64,000 nucleotides of DNA from Caecitellus pseudoparvulus (taxonomy: Eukaryota > Protista > Bigyra: Bicosoecida). This document shows, piece by piece, positions 14,285-25,206 of the stretch. The DNA is taken from NCBI GenBank assembly GCA_965644315.1, contig CBFFRQ010000013.1, forward strand, positions 186,001-250,000. Reading direction: 5' to 3'. Below the pieces are notes generated by a model. That model saw nothing but the letters and a program-made list of their open reading frames with translations, had not been told where the DNA came from and did no database searches. The translations under genes were made by a program, and so were the position numbers. Within the stretch, counting starts at the first letter, position 1, and each line of letters starts with the position of its first letter.

Positions 14285-16656
14285 TCATTTGCGAGCAGGG
14301 GGCTCAGGCGTCTGGGCACGCTTGGGGGGTGGAGGCGGCGTCTTGCCCCTCGTCTTCACGCGGCCTTTGCTGCTGGAGCTCCTGCTCTTGTCCGAGGCAG
14401 AGGACCGGTAGCTGTCCAGCTGGCCGTCCCCTGCAGAGGTGTCGTCCTCCTCAGGCTCAGAGCCAGACGTTGTGACGCCGGGTGCGGTGATGCCCGCTCG
14501 TTTTGGGGCGCCAGGTGGCCCCGCCCTGGGCGCAGCCTTGCCCTCCTCCTTGCGCGAGAGGGCTGAGCCAGAGGAGGACTTGCCTCGGCCGTTCACAGAG
14601 GCAGGGTTCACGACAGCCAGCTCCAGCTCCTTGCTCTGGCGCCCGCTGGAGGAGCTGGGCTCCCCCACGTCGGCCTCGGGGTCGACGTCCTTCCCGTGCC
14701 GGCCTCGGCCACGGGAGGAGGTGAAGCCCTTCCGCGCCTCCTCCGCTTCTCCGTACGCCTGTGCCAGGCGCTGGCCACGCTCGACGTCCACCAGCCAGAA
14801 CAGGGGCAGCCCGATGAGCAGCTCGGCCAGGATGGTCATGATGGAGATGAGGGAGAAGTACTCTGCGCCCAGCAGACTGGACAGGGTGCCGATGACAAGC
14901 GGCCCGATCCACGCCGTGCCCTTTTGCGTCAGCTCATAAAACGACAGGAAGTTGGTCTGGAAACCTGGCGGAATCATGGTGACAACGATGGACCGCGTGT
15001 ACGAGGATACGGGGCCCAGGTTCACCCCCACAATGAACACAATGCCGAACAGCTGCCACTCCTCCGTCACGCCCAACAGCAGGAGGGCGCCAGCAGCCTG
15101 CGTGCACAGGTTGATGAAGAGCACTTGGTAGGGCGTCAGCCAGTGGTTCTTCACCACCCACATCCACAGCAACATGCCCAACGCAGCAAACACAATGCCC
15201 AGCACCACCGCCGCGCCCACCACGAGGGATGAGTACCCCAGCTGCTCTGCAATGAGCGTGCCGAGCGATGACGCCGTGCTGGAGGCATCTGACAGGAACA
15301 TCCAGGACAGCACAAACATGGCCACGTCATAGAATTGGGGCAGCTTCTTGATGGTGGTCATGTGCTCCGTGAAGGTGGTGCGCGCCGACCAAGCCAGCGC
15401 GCCACAGCAGCCGGTCATGGTGGCTGCGTCAGGGAAGGGCACGCCAGGGAAGCGCCCGATCCAGCCGAACCCAATGAAGGCAAAGGTGAACCACCACAAG
15501 CCTCCCAGCATGATGGGCACTCGGCTGAACCACAAGCTCTCGTCTGCCTGCAGGAACGCATAGCCGGTGAAGGAGCCGAAGGTCATCATGGCAATGTAGC
15601 CCATGTACCGCGCGTTGGCTGACACCGCGTGGGATGTCTTGGCATGGTGGGAGCAGCAATCAGAGAGCAGCCCGTCAATCATGAGGCCCGACACACGGTC
15701 CCCAGTGCGAGCAATGACAAACAGGGCAGCTGCCAGCAACACCAGCTCTGGCACGACGGTCAAGCCAATGCACGCAAGGGAGAGGGCGCCAACGTAGGCA
15801 CCCCACCTAGCCATGATGTTCTTGTAATCACCATATTCGCCGATGCCTGGCGCAAGGAGAGCACAGGGGTGGCGATATACACAGTGAAGTGGGGTGCAGC
15901 CAGTGCACTGCACTTGGCGTTGCACTCACCTCCAAGGATGACGAAGGCAGCCACGGACACGCCAGTGGCAATAGAGGTTGTGAAGGCCCAAAAGGAGTTG
16001 CCATCGGGGTATCCAGCGTCCTCAGCGAGCTGCTTGACGTAAGCTGGGAGGAAGAGCCTGCGCAAAGGTGCAGGGCGACGAGGTGTCTGAAACAGCAGCA
16101 CCAAAGCTCGCGCTGCTGCCGCCTGACACTGGCGCGGGCCCAGCCATCAGACGGCAACCCCACACACTCAAGGTCGTAGCATATGGGAGCTGCACCTGCC
16201 ATCACCTCACACGTTTGGCTGGGCGCACGCCAGGCTAACAAGGCGGCCGACACAGCCGCAGTCGACGCCGGCCCCGGCCCCGCACTGCCGCGCCTCGCAG
16301 TGCTCGTAGAGCAGCGCAGGCAGCACCCTGGCCAACACACGACCTGATCAGGCATGTTGAACGTACCCCGAGACGATGGTGAAGACGCTGTCCGAGAAAT
16401 CGTACATGATCCAGCCCTTGGCGGGAGTTGGGAACTTGCCGCAACAACAGACCGTGCACGCGCGCCCAGCGCGCCCAAACACCGTCGTTGGCTCCGGCAG
16501 CTCTTCCTCCAGCACCTTATCTGTGTACTTGTCCAGCTTCTCGGTCGGCAGGGACACAGCCCGCGCGCCATCTGGGTCGGCATCATCGCTGCCCAAGAGC
16601 TGCAATGGGTTCCGCACCCGCTGCTGCACCGAGCTCATGCGGCTGGGGGAGGCCAT
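14285..16656 (-). CDS. Atg22/UMF1-like MFS transporter
   Basis: Family signature GWIMYDFSDSVF, ILGGIGEYG, about 11-12 hydrophobic segments and FLSFYELTQKGTAWIGP. Introns 16058-16366 and 15847-15929. Confidence 0.82.
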
Positions 16657-17215
16657 GCTGCAGGACGCAAGCCCTGGTAGGGATCCCGTCTACACGGGGC
16701 ACCCAGTGGGCGCCGTGCAGGCAGGGGCGCAAGAGCGCCCTGAGCAAACCCTTTGCCCAGCCGCCTACGCGCCGGAAACGCCGCCGTTCGTGGGCACTCG
16801 GCTCGTCGAGCAAGGCGAGCTTGGCAGGATCTGGGCCTGGGTCAGGGCTTCCCACGCGCCATGAATGGCTGGGTGGTGGGTGTTATTTTTGTTCCTTGAC
16901 ACCCAAGGCTGCGGCCACGCCCAGTCCAGGCCCGCAAGTTTGGACAGGTGATTGCAAGGGGGGTGTGGCTGGTGCGCAGGTGGAAGCCTGCGCTCGCAGT
17001 GCAGTCGGCCTGTCCGCTGGGGGGGGCGGACGGCGACGTGCCATCCACACAACATAATTGCCATGCACGACGTAGGGTGCGAAGCGCACATTGCACTGGC
17101 AAGCTGCTGTGATCTCCTGCACCGCAGCACCAGTGCGCCTGCCAGCCACGCCTCAGCCGTCAGCCAAGCGAGGCGACGAGTGGAGAGCCGCACTCGGCTT
17201 CCCCATGCTCGGAGA

Positions 17216-20200
17216 ATGGCAGGGAGTACAGATAAACGGAGCCCTGGGCGATCATCGCCAGACTTGTTGATCGGGCATGTCCGCGCAGAGACTTTCGCCA
17301 GCAATGCGGCGCTGCAGGTATGGGACGGTGGCGTTTCGCATCGAAACTCGGTTCAATTTGCGTGCTGCCCACACGGCCACCCGCCGCTTCGTGTATCACC
17401 GCAGATCCGGGAGCCTGCTGCAGTGCAACCCGGTGATTTAGCCACTCTCCTGCAAGAGCATGGATCCCTAGCCCCCGCCTTCCCCGGTTTGTCTCTGGCG
17501 GCACACGGAGGTGGAGGAAGCTCCCTGGCTCGCAGTGGGGCAGGCTTGGCAGTGCACTGGGACAGCGTGGACTTCTTGGGTGGCGCAGGCAGCATGAAGC
17601 AGCTGCTCAAAGCACCCATGACAGACGAACCGGTCTCCCTCGCCCTGCACCGTGTGGGAGACTCCATCATCGTGGACCCAGCCCCACTTCCGCAAGCGGT
17701 CGAAGAGAAGCCAACACCTGCCCAGGCGCCGTTCCTGCTCCTCTCGCAAAGCAGCCTCGAAGGGGGCCCCTCACAGCCTCCTGCAGCTTGGGAAGAAGCC
17801 GCTCTGCCTGCCTTGCCCGCACCTCGTCCGCCACCACCACAGGAGCCGCACCTGGCTGAGTGGACGCCGCTCCCCAGCGGCAGGTCCCCACGCCCCCCCC
17901 CTCCCCTGCCCGCTGAACAAGAGACCCGCTTCGTCCTGCAGACGGGGACAGGGGCAGACATCGTGTCCCACGTGGCAGCTCCTGCGCCCCGAGGCCGGCC
18001 GCGCAGCAGCAGCACTGGTGACCTCGCCGCACCAGACACCGCGCTCACCCTGCCCCAGCAAGCGCCCTCCTCGGACACGCTTGGCCCAGCGGCGCCGCCG
18101 CCGGACACACTACCGCATCTATCCCTGACGGAGCCAGCCCCACCAGCTGCTACAGGTGCCGTGCCGTCCTCAGGCTTCACTCGCGTGACACACCTGCGCT
18201 TGGGCGGAGTGAGCATGGTGCTGGGCTCTGACCTCTTGGCCTTCCGCCACTCCTCCCTGCCGGCGCCTTTCTCAGTGGCCTTTGTGGACGAAAGCACCCC
18301 TCTAGAGCACGGCCAGGTGCTGGACTGGTACCTGGACAACCTCCTTGCAGGCCTCTCCCACACGGCCGTGTCCATGCAAGGCCCCTCGGGGCAGCAGCAG
18401 TTCACCCTGGTGGACACTCAGCACATCCCCACATGGGCAGCAGCACACGGGGCCAGGGCCACCCCTGCTGCACCCGCCTTCACACCCGAAGCTGTGCAAG
18501 CGCGTGCTGGGGAGCTGCTAGATTTCATCAAGGCCACGTGCACCGCTGACGGCGGCAGCTACTGGCTCTTCCGTGGCGCTGGGCAGGCAGAGCTGCACCT
18601 GATGCAGGTCTCCAGCTCGGTGCAGCGCATGCCTGCGACGCATGTGCACCAGCACTGGGCTTACATGGCGGCCTCCATCTGCCTGCGCCTGGCACGGCAA
18701 GTGCAGTCTGCCATCCTGCAACGCATGCGAGGACCGCAAGGAGAGACGGCGAACGCCCAGCGTGATGAGGGCGAGGGCGCCGCACTGGCACAGGTGCACA
18801 GTGGCGTGCTGCATGACAAGCACGTGCGCCTGTTGGAGAAGGCCCTGGACATCGTCTCCGCCGCAGCTGTCGTAGTGCAGGGGGACGCTGCGAGCACAGA
18901 CAAGGAGGATGGCCGGCCCGCCTGGGTGGCGGCTCCCTGGCGCCGCCACTTCAGAGCTGAAGTGGCCAGGGCCTTGGCCCGTGCGCGCGCCTGGCAAGGC
19001 CTCTTCGTCCTGCAGACGGACCCAAGGGGCGCGTCAGGTGTCAGCGCGACAGATGCCCTCAACGCCTCGGCGAGGTACTGCCTGTGGTGCCTGGACATGC
19101 TGCGGCTCACCCTGCGCAGCGAGTGCTGGGCAGGGCTGGTGGAGTGGGAGGGTGCGTCGAGTTCCATCACGCCCCCCGCCCTCGCCTCCCTCATCCTGGG
19201 CTTCCCACCTGTCGAGGAGGCCATGCGCAGGGCGGTGAGCCTGCAGGCACAGCTCCTGTGTACTGCTGCGGCGCTGGCAAGGGCGTTACTCGGCGAAGGC
19301 CTGGGCCAGTCCGGCTTGCGGGTGTTGGAGGACGCCATGACTGCACTGCGCGTGCCAGTGCTGGGGAAGTGGTTGCAGTTTTGCGGGGAGAAGGCTGCCA
19401 ACCTGCCGCCTGCCCGACAGGCAGAGGTGCTGGAGGCTGCACGTGCCCTTGCCTCTGCCTTTGAAGTGGAGAACAGCCCCCAACTGCTGCAGCAGCGCAC
19501 GTTGGCGTGCCCAGTGGATGCTGCCTGGCTTGGCGTGGCGTCGTTGGCGGAGGAGCAGGGGCATGGCGGGCTGCACACAGTGCCGCTGGCTGACACCAGT
19601 GCCACGTCTGGAGTCCCAAGCCAGGTGGTGCTGTGGGCAGCCTGTGGCGACGTGTTGACTCATCTGGCTGGGCGGCAGGGTGAAGAGGGTGCCGCCGCCG
19701 TGCAGTGGGCTCGCTTGCCCACACTGCTGCACACCCTGCAAGCCTGTGCAGTGGAGGCCGAAGCAGCTCGTGACGAGCAGGACGAAGCCTTGCCCGCCCC
19801 TGGCTCCCTGGAAGCAGTGCTGCACGCCCTGACATCCTTCAGCCCACCAAGGGTGCCATCCCCGCCCCAGGCTGTCGTGCAGTCAGCAGTGCGCCGCGGG
19901 AGCGGCGCGAGCAGTGGGAGCGCCTCCCCCACTACCGGCTCTCCTGAACCCCCCTTGACTCCTCTGCAGCTGCGAGTGATGGCGGTGCGGGCCTACCGCA
20001 CTGCGGCCCTGGCCATGGGGGAGACCCGGGCGCAGTTGGCAGCAGGGACCATGCACGTGGGGCAGTTCCTGGCGGAGTTGCAGACCACTCGCAAACTCGC
20101 CGACAGCGTGAATCGCTGGGGGCGAGCTCTGGAGGCTGGCGCTGCTGCGTGGGGCGCACAGGGGGCTGATGCCGCTCCCCCCCCCGAACTGGCCCCTCTC

Positions 20201-21580
20201 CTCGCCGCCATTCCCGGAGACACGCCCCCATCCAGGCAAACCTGCACCTTGGCTGCAATGAGTGCCTTTGCACACGCAGCTCAGCTCATGGTGCGGGTGC
20301 AAGACAATGTGAACGCTGCTCTGCTCAAGTGCAACGTGGCTCACATGCTGCGGACGGCAGCTGCCAACGGCTTGGTCAGTGACACACCCTCCCAGTCCCC
20401 CCTGACCGCCGCTCTACCTGCCGGCATGCCCGCGTCCCTGGCCCTGCTGAGTGCTGCGTGCGACCTTGCCTTGCAGGCGCTGGAACTGGTTGGCGTGTCG
20501 GAGGAGGGCCAGGAGCCGGGGGGGGGCTGGCTTGCGCACCACTCGCAGGTCCTGCGCAGTGCCCACCAAAGCCTGCTTGCCACGGGGGCCAAGGAAGCCC
20601 AGGCTGTGTTCCTGGCGTGTGCCTCCCTCGTCACACCCGTAGCTGGCGGGGCTCAGGCACCGGGAGAAGACAACCTGGCCTCCTTCGACACTGGTCTGTA
20701 CGAGGCCGCGCGGCGAGTGGGCGTCTCTAGTGCTGGCCGCTTCACTACAGCCATTGCGCTGGGCCGGGCCTTGGTGGCCGCAGCCACAGCCGCCTCCCGT
20801 ACACGGGGCGCCGGCGCTGGTGGTGGCGACTTGCTGTCCGCACGCACCGCTGTCGCCAGCACACACTTGCAGGCGGGCATGGCGGGGCTGGCAACGTGCA
20901 TTTCCTCCACAGCCCCTCTGTTCCTATCCAAACCCCAGGTGCTGCTGGCTGCCGCGCCCCTTGCCTCGGCGGGGCGAGCGTTCCGCCGGTGTGTGGAGGC
21001 AGTGGCTGCCGTCGGACCTGCCTTTCCGGGGCAAGACTCTGAGCCAGGCGTGGCTTTGAGCATGGCGCATCTGGCCAACCAAGCCCTGTCCATGGGCATT
21101 GTGTGTGAGGTGCTGGGGGGCGTGCCAGTGTCGCTGCAGGGTGCGCCGGGGTGCCTGAGCTTCCCGCCCCCTCTGTCCTTGGCAGGGCTACTCGAGGCCC
21201 TGCCTGAGCTCGAGTGGACGCAGCGGCTGGCTGCCTTGAAGGCGGCTGTGGGTGCCACAGCCCCCGCCCTCACCACCCTTGTGCGCATGCTGGCGCCACC
21301 TGGTTGCGACCCCAAGCACGTGCCGCAGCTTGCCAAGTCCTTGCGTGACAGTGCTGGCTCCCTGCTTCCGCCTGGCCAAGGCCTGCTGACACTGCTCACC
21401 CGGCCACATGTGGGTGCAGGTAGTGAAGCAGCCCCGCCATCCTTGCGGGCAGCCCAAGCTGTGGTCTTGGCCACCGTGCAACGCAGCGAGGCCAGGCGGC
21501 CCTCGCCTCCACCAGGACCGCCGCTGCTGCAAGTGCTCCCCATCGCTTGGGCACTCTTGCAGATCCATGAAGCAAAATGA
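17216..21580 (+). CDS. EDRF1: Erythroid differentiation-related factor 1 (EDRF1)-like protein
   Basis: Blocks VDFLG..MKQLLKAP..VSLALHRVGDSIIVD, MVLGSDLLAF, LDWYLDNLLA and LDFIKATCTADGGSYWLFR match EDRF1-family blocks. Probable in-frame intron 17318-17404. Start uncertain. Confidence 0.75.
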   Translation: MAGSTDKRSPGRSSPDLLIGHVRAETFASNAALQVWDGGVSHRNSVQFACCPHGHPPLRVSPQIREPAAVQPGDLATLLQEHGSLAPAFPGLSLAAHGGGGSSLARSGAGLAVHWDSVDFLGGAGSMKQLLKAPMTDEPVSLALHRVGDSIIVDPAPLPQAVEEKPTPAQAPFLLLSQSSLEGGPSQPPAAWEEAALPALPAPRPPPPQEPHLAEWTPLPSGRSPRPPPPLPAEQETRFVLQTGTGADIVSHVAAPAPRGRPRSSSTGDLAAPDTALTLPQQAPSSDTLGPAAPPPDTLPHLSLTEPAPPAATGAVPSSGFTRVTHLRLGGVSMVLGSDLLAFRHSSLPAPFSVAFVDESTPLEHGQVLDWYLDNLLAGLSHTAVSMQGPSGQQQFTLVDTQHIPTWAAAHGARATPAAPAFTPEAVQARAGELLDFIKATCTADGGSYWLFRGAGQAELHLMQVSSSVQRMPATHVHQHWAYMAASICLRLARQVQSAILQRMRGPQGETANAQRDEGEGAALAQVHSGVLHDKHVRLLEKALDIVSAAAVVVQGDAASTDKEDGRPAWVAAPWRRHFRAEVARALARARAWQGLFVLQTDPRGASGVSATDALNASARYCLWCLDMLRLTLRSECWAGLVEWEGASSSITPPALASLILGFPPVEEAMRRAVSLQAQLLCTAAALARALLGEGLGQSGLRVLEDAMTALRVPVLGKWLQFCGEKAANLPPARQAEVLEAARALASAFEVENSPQLLQQRTLACPVDAAWLGVASLAEEQGHGGLHTVPLADTSATSGVPSQVVLWAACGDVLTHLAGRQGEEGAAAVQWARLPTLLHTLQACAVEAEAARDEQDEALPAPGSLEAVLHALTSFSPPRVPSPPQAVVQSAVRRGSGASSGSASPTTGSPEPPLTPLQLRVMAVRAYRTAALAMGETRAQLAAGTMHVGQFLAELQTTRKLADSVNRWGRALEAGAAAWGAQGADAAPPPELAPLLAAIPGDTPPSRQTCTLAAMSAFAHAAQLMVRVQDNVNAALLKCNVAHMLRTAAANGLVSDTPSQSPLTAALPAGMPASLALLSAACDLALQALELVGVSEEGQEPGGGWLAHHSQVLRSAHQSLLATGAKEAQAVFLACASLVTPVAGGAQAPGEDNLASFDTGLYEAARRVGVSSAGRFTTAIALGRALVAAATAASRTRGAGAGGGDLLSARTAVASTHLQAGMAGLATCISSTAPLFLSKPQVLLAAAPLASAGRAFRRCVEAVAAVGPAFPGQDSEPGVALSMAHLANQALSMGIVCEVLGGVPVSLQGAPGCLSFPPPLSLAGLLEALPELEWTQRLAALKAAVGATAPALTTLVRMLAPPGCDPKHVPQLAKSLRDSAGSLLPPGQGLLTLLTRPHVGAGSEAAPPSLRAAQAVVLATVQRSEARRPSPPPGPPLLQVLPIAWALLQIHEAK

Positions 21581-21715
21581 ACTGTTCCAAGTATCCATGC
21601 AAGAAAGTGCATGCTGAGCTGCTCTGCATGCACTCCCTGCGAGCCACACGAGACGAGTTGCGGCACGAGCAAACTCCCGCTGCCACTGCTGTCTGGCTTC
21701 CCCGCGACGACCACC

Positions 21716-24487
21716 ATGGCGTTGTACACACCGCACCGGCTGCAGTTCTCCCTCAGGGAGCTGTCTCAGGCTGTGAAGACTGCTCCTGCTCAGTCTTTAA
21801 GCAAGCCGACCCGCAGTGAAGCTGGCATCCCTGCTGCCTACGGAGTCGGTGTGTGTCGCACCGCGGCACTGCAAGAAACGCTGCCCGCTGACCACGCACT
21901 CCGCGGCGCCGCAGAAGCTGCTCCACACCACCCTCCCCTCACAAAGAAGCAACTGGAGTACATGTCGAATCCTGCTTTGCGCAAGGCCGACGCTGAAGAT
22001 GGCAAGGCTTCAGGAGACGCACACGTATCCCCCCGCAGCCAACGAGCACCATCCGCGCGGTCTTCCTCTGCTAGAGGACGGCGTCGGCAGGGCATGGCGA
22101 CATACTTCAGCGACACTGAAAATACCCGTTTTGAGTTGTTCCTGCGCCGCCTCGCGACTCGGCTTGGCACTGGCGAGGGCGCGCTGGAGGCCGAGTTCTT
22201 CAGCGATGGCTTCACGTCCTTGCCTCTGCACAAAACCCACCGGCGCACCGGCAGCACAGTGCTTGGGCAGGCCCTACACCACAAGCTCAGCAATATCATC
22301 CAGAGGGCGCTCGCCCATCGCACAGTTGCAGTGACTGTGGACACTCCCCTGCCTGAGGCGCCCTGCCCCGTGCTGGGCATGCCCGATGTGCGAACTCCAC
22401 TCTTGCACGCGCTCATCCTGCCCATGCCAGGGCTGGCCTTGCAGCTGTTAGCAGCTGGAGCATCCCCCTTGCAGCGGCACCATGCCACGGGGGACACAGC
22501 CCTCATGCTGGCTGTGGCGAGGTGCATCCAAGCCCCCGCCCCAACCGGCAAGCGCAGCAAGCGGAAGGGTCGAAGCCGGAGGAAAGCTAGCTCCAAGCCC
22601 GCCTCCGATGCCGAAGCCGCAGATGGCCCTGTGCAGAACGACGCCATAGCCATTGCGGCTGCTGACGCAGTGCACCCTGTCGTGGCTGCCATCCTGAACC
22701 ACCCAGCCCTTGCCTCCAGCAGCAAGGCGGGGGCCTACCTCGCCCGAACCAATGCCAAGGGATCTACTGCCCTGCACATTGCGCTCTCCCGCGCCTGTGT
22801 GTGGGGAGGTGACCCCCAGACGCAGGCGGTGTCGGCTGCCAATGCCATTGCCTTGATCCGTGCAGGTGCAGACGTGCGGGCGGCGGCGCCTACTGCGGAG
22901 GGGCATGAGGAGGAGGGCGCCCCCACCCCCAGCATGCTGGATGCAGCTGTGGCTTTTGGCCTCTTCAGCGTCGTCTGGTGGGCTTTGCGCATGGGCGCAT
23001 TGGGCGCCGGGGCCGTGCCCCACGGGCATGCCTTGGAGGAGGATGACACCCCCCTTGACTTCACCCTGCGCAGCACTGTCTTTGAGCCCTGGGCAACAGC
23101 CGTGCCAGACGAACATGCATCTGCTGCTGGGCTGACCCTGGATGGTGCCATGGAGCTGCGTGCAGCTGCCTTGGCTGCCCTGGAAGACGCCGAGAAAGAA
23201 GCCAAAGCGGCAGCTGCTGCAGCGGCTGCCATTCCTCCCCCTGGCATGGCTTGGATCAGCCTGAACGGCTACGGTCGGCAGCTGGTGTACACAGATGGGC
23301 GTGACGCGTCACCCCGTCGATCACGGGTGGCATCGCCGCGCCGCTCTGCCCGCCGTGGCATGGCGTCCACCGCCCCAGCTCGCAGCGCTCGGAGCCAGTC
23401 CGCCGCAGGCATGGCAGGCGACTCACAGGCAGAGCTTGCGCGGACCTTTGCCCCCAGGACCCCTCACAAGATGTCAGACAGCGCCGCCAGTGTCCCTGCC
23501 CGGCCCTCCACTGCTGAAGCTGCCTCTCCCTCCAGGTCCCTCCTGCGGCCTAGGCAGCCATCCCCTGGGAAGCGACGCCCCACGCACCATGCCCGGAGTC
23601 CTGGGGGGCGGCCCTTGAAGCCGCAAGTCTTGGTCCTGCCTTCCAACGGCTTGAAGGGCATCAAGCCTCGAGCACGCAAGGGGCGCAAGCTGCGCCCGGT
23701 TGGCTCGTCTGCAAGTGTGGGCAAGGAGGGGGAGCCAGAGGCCGCCCAGTCACAGGCAGCCGGCCCTGTGGTGCCGGGTGCGTGGGATATGGGCAAGACA
23801 GAGGAGCCCGTCTCCTCCAGCGATTCGGAAGAAGAGGGCCCGCGGGAAGTGGTCAGCACATTCATGCCCACTGGCCCTATCATCCAGCCTCAGTGGGACT
23901 CTCCCCGTGACGCACCCCCCCTGGCTCCGCCTACGAGCAGCGAACAGCAGCATGCCAGGGACGAAGCATCCGACGAACCCGAGCCATTGGCTCGTCAGGA
24001 TGCTCCAGCCGATGCACCTCAGTCACCTGAGCCATCGTCAACCTCTGATGCTAAAGTGTCTGAAGGCAACCAAGCCCCGGCAAAGCCAGCTGCTGCCATC
24101 CCCATGCCAACTTCTGAGGAGCACGCAGCTGCGACGCGCATCCAAGCCCTTCTCCGAGGCAAGGCCGCGCGACGTGAAACTGCAGCACGCCGAGAAGCTG
24201 CCAGCTTGGCTGAACCCGCACCGGCATCTGCTAAGCCTGCGTCGACAGAGCCCGCCCCAGCATCACCTCAACCTGCATCGGCTGAGCCCGCCCCAGCATC
24301 TGCTAGGCCTGCTTCAGCTGAGGAAGCAGCGGCAACGAAGCTGCAAGCAGTCACCAGGGGGCACCTTGCTCGAAAAGCTGCAAGCCAGAGCACCCCCGTT
24401 GTGATTCCCTCGACTGCCGTGTCTGGAGGAGCCAGGCCTGATGGGGCCAGCGACACATCAAGTGAGCTGGACCCCTTTGCAGACTAA
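21716..24487 (+). CDS. Ankyrin-repeat protein with two IQ calmodulin-binding motifs
   Basis: Ankyrin-like segments TPLLHALI, GDTALMLAV and GSTALHIAL. IQ motifs AATRIQALLRGKAARR and AATKLQAVTRGHLARK. ATG in accATGG context. Confidence 0.72.
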   Translation: MALYTPHRLQFSLRELSQAVKTAPAQSLSKPTRSEAGIPAAYGVGVCRTAALQETLPADHALRGAAEAAPHHPPLTKKQLEYMSNPALRKADAEDGKASGDAHVSPRSQRAPSARSSSARGRRRQGMATYFSDTENTRFELFLRRLATRLGTGEGALEAEFFSDGFTSLPLHKTHRRTGSTVLGQALHHKLSNIIQRALAHRTVAVTVDTPLPEAPCPVLGMPDVRTPLLHALILPMPGLALQLLAAGASPLQRHHATGDTALMLAVARCIQAPAPTGKRSKRKGRSRRKASSKPASDAEAADGPVQNDAIAIAAADAVHPVVAAILNHPALASSSKAGAYLARTNAKGSTALHIALSRACVWGGDPQTQAVSAANAIALIRAGADVRAAAPTAEGHEEEGAPTPSMLDAAVAFGLFSVVWWALRMGALGAGAVPHGHALEEDDTPLDFTLRSTVFEPWATAVPDEHASAAGLTLDGAMELRAAALAALEDAEKEAKAAAAAAAAIPPPGMAWISLNGYGRQLVYTDGRDASPRRSRVASPRRSARRGMASTAPARSARSQSAAGMAGDSQAELARTFAPRTPHKMSDSAASVPARPSTAEAASPSRSLLRPRQPSPGKRRPTHHARSPGGRPLKPQVLVLPSNGLKGIKPRARKGRKLRPVGSSASVGKEGEPEAAQSQAAGPVVPGAWDMGKTEEPVSSSDSEEEGPREVVSTFMPTGPIIQPQWDSPRDAPPLAPPTSSEQQHARDEASDEPEPLARQDAPADAPQSPEPSSTSDAKVSEGNQAPAKPAAAIPMPTSEEHAAATRIQALLRGKAARRETAARREAASLAEPAPASAKPASTEPAPASPQPASAEPAPASARPASAEEAAATKLQAVTRGHLARKAASQSTPVVIPSTAVSGGARPDGASDTSSELDPFAD
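24209..24316 (+). repeat. Three degenerate 36-bp coding tandem repeats (AEPAPASAKPAS-like) between the two IQ motifs
   Basis: Units gctgaacccgcaccggcatctgctaagcctgcgtcg / acagagcccgccccagcatcacctcaacctgcatcg / gctgagcccgccccagcatctgctaggcctgcttca. Confidence 0.85.
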
Positions 24488-24609
24488 TGCACAGCTGGGC
24501 AAAAGGCACGCAAGGAAAAAATACAGAACCCAGTCCTCCGTGAATGTGATGTGCTTCTGTGTATGCCCAGGCCGAGTGGGATCCCGCACAGCTCCAGCCC
24601 TCAAGTACC

Positions 24610-25206
24610 ATGGCTCTGGCTCCGACTGCCGGGTGGGGCAAGCACCACCAAGCCACTGAGCGCGATGACTACCGGCGCGACATCATGAACATGGCAGGGC
24701 CTGAAGATGCCTTGGCTGTGCAAGTGGATACTGCCCCCATGTCTTGGCGCTTCGGCCCCGTCACCAACACCGTCTTGACGAAGCAGCTGCCAACCGAGAA
24801 ACATCTGGAGCTGACCACGCTGGCCACCTTCCTGCAGACCGCGCCGTACAGCGGCATCCTCACGGGCCTGATGAAGAACCGGAACTTGTGCAGCGTCCCC
24901 CGCCACCAGTTGGAGGTGTGCAAGCAGCAGTACCCTGCCCATTTGGCAGTGTCCCAGTGTGCGCCGGCTACGCTGGCGACGACGCAGTGCGGAATTAAGC
25001 TGTGAGTGGTGTGCTCTCTCCCAAGCTGCCTCGGCAAGCCTCGCGCCGCACGCTTTCACCGTGCACTTTACAGGGCCCGGAAGGTGCAGTATGAGTGCAA
25101 GCAACAGGTAAAGGACTTGGCAGCATGCTACAAGGCAAGCAACAACAGCAGGGCAGCCTGCTTCCAGGAGTATGTGGCTTTCGACACTTGCACTGAGGAG
25201 TTCTGA
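24610..25206 (+). CDS. Quadruple CX9C protein, NDUFA8 (complex I)-like, 174 aa
   Basis: Exons 24610-25001 and 25074-25206 give four CX9C motifs (CSVPRHQLEVC, CAPATLATTQC, CKQQVKDLAAC, CFQEYVAFDTC) with NDUFA8-like spacing. CHCHD5/Mix14 is an alternative assignment. Confidence 0.7.
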
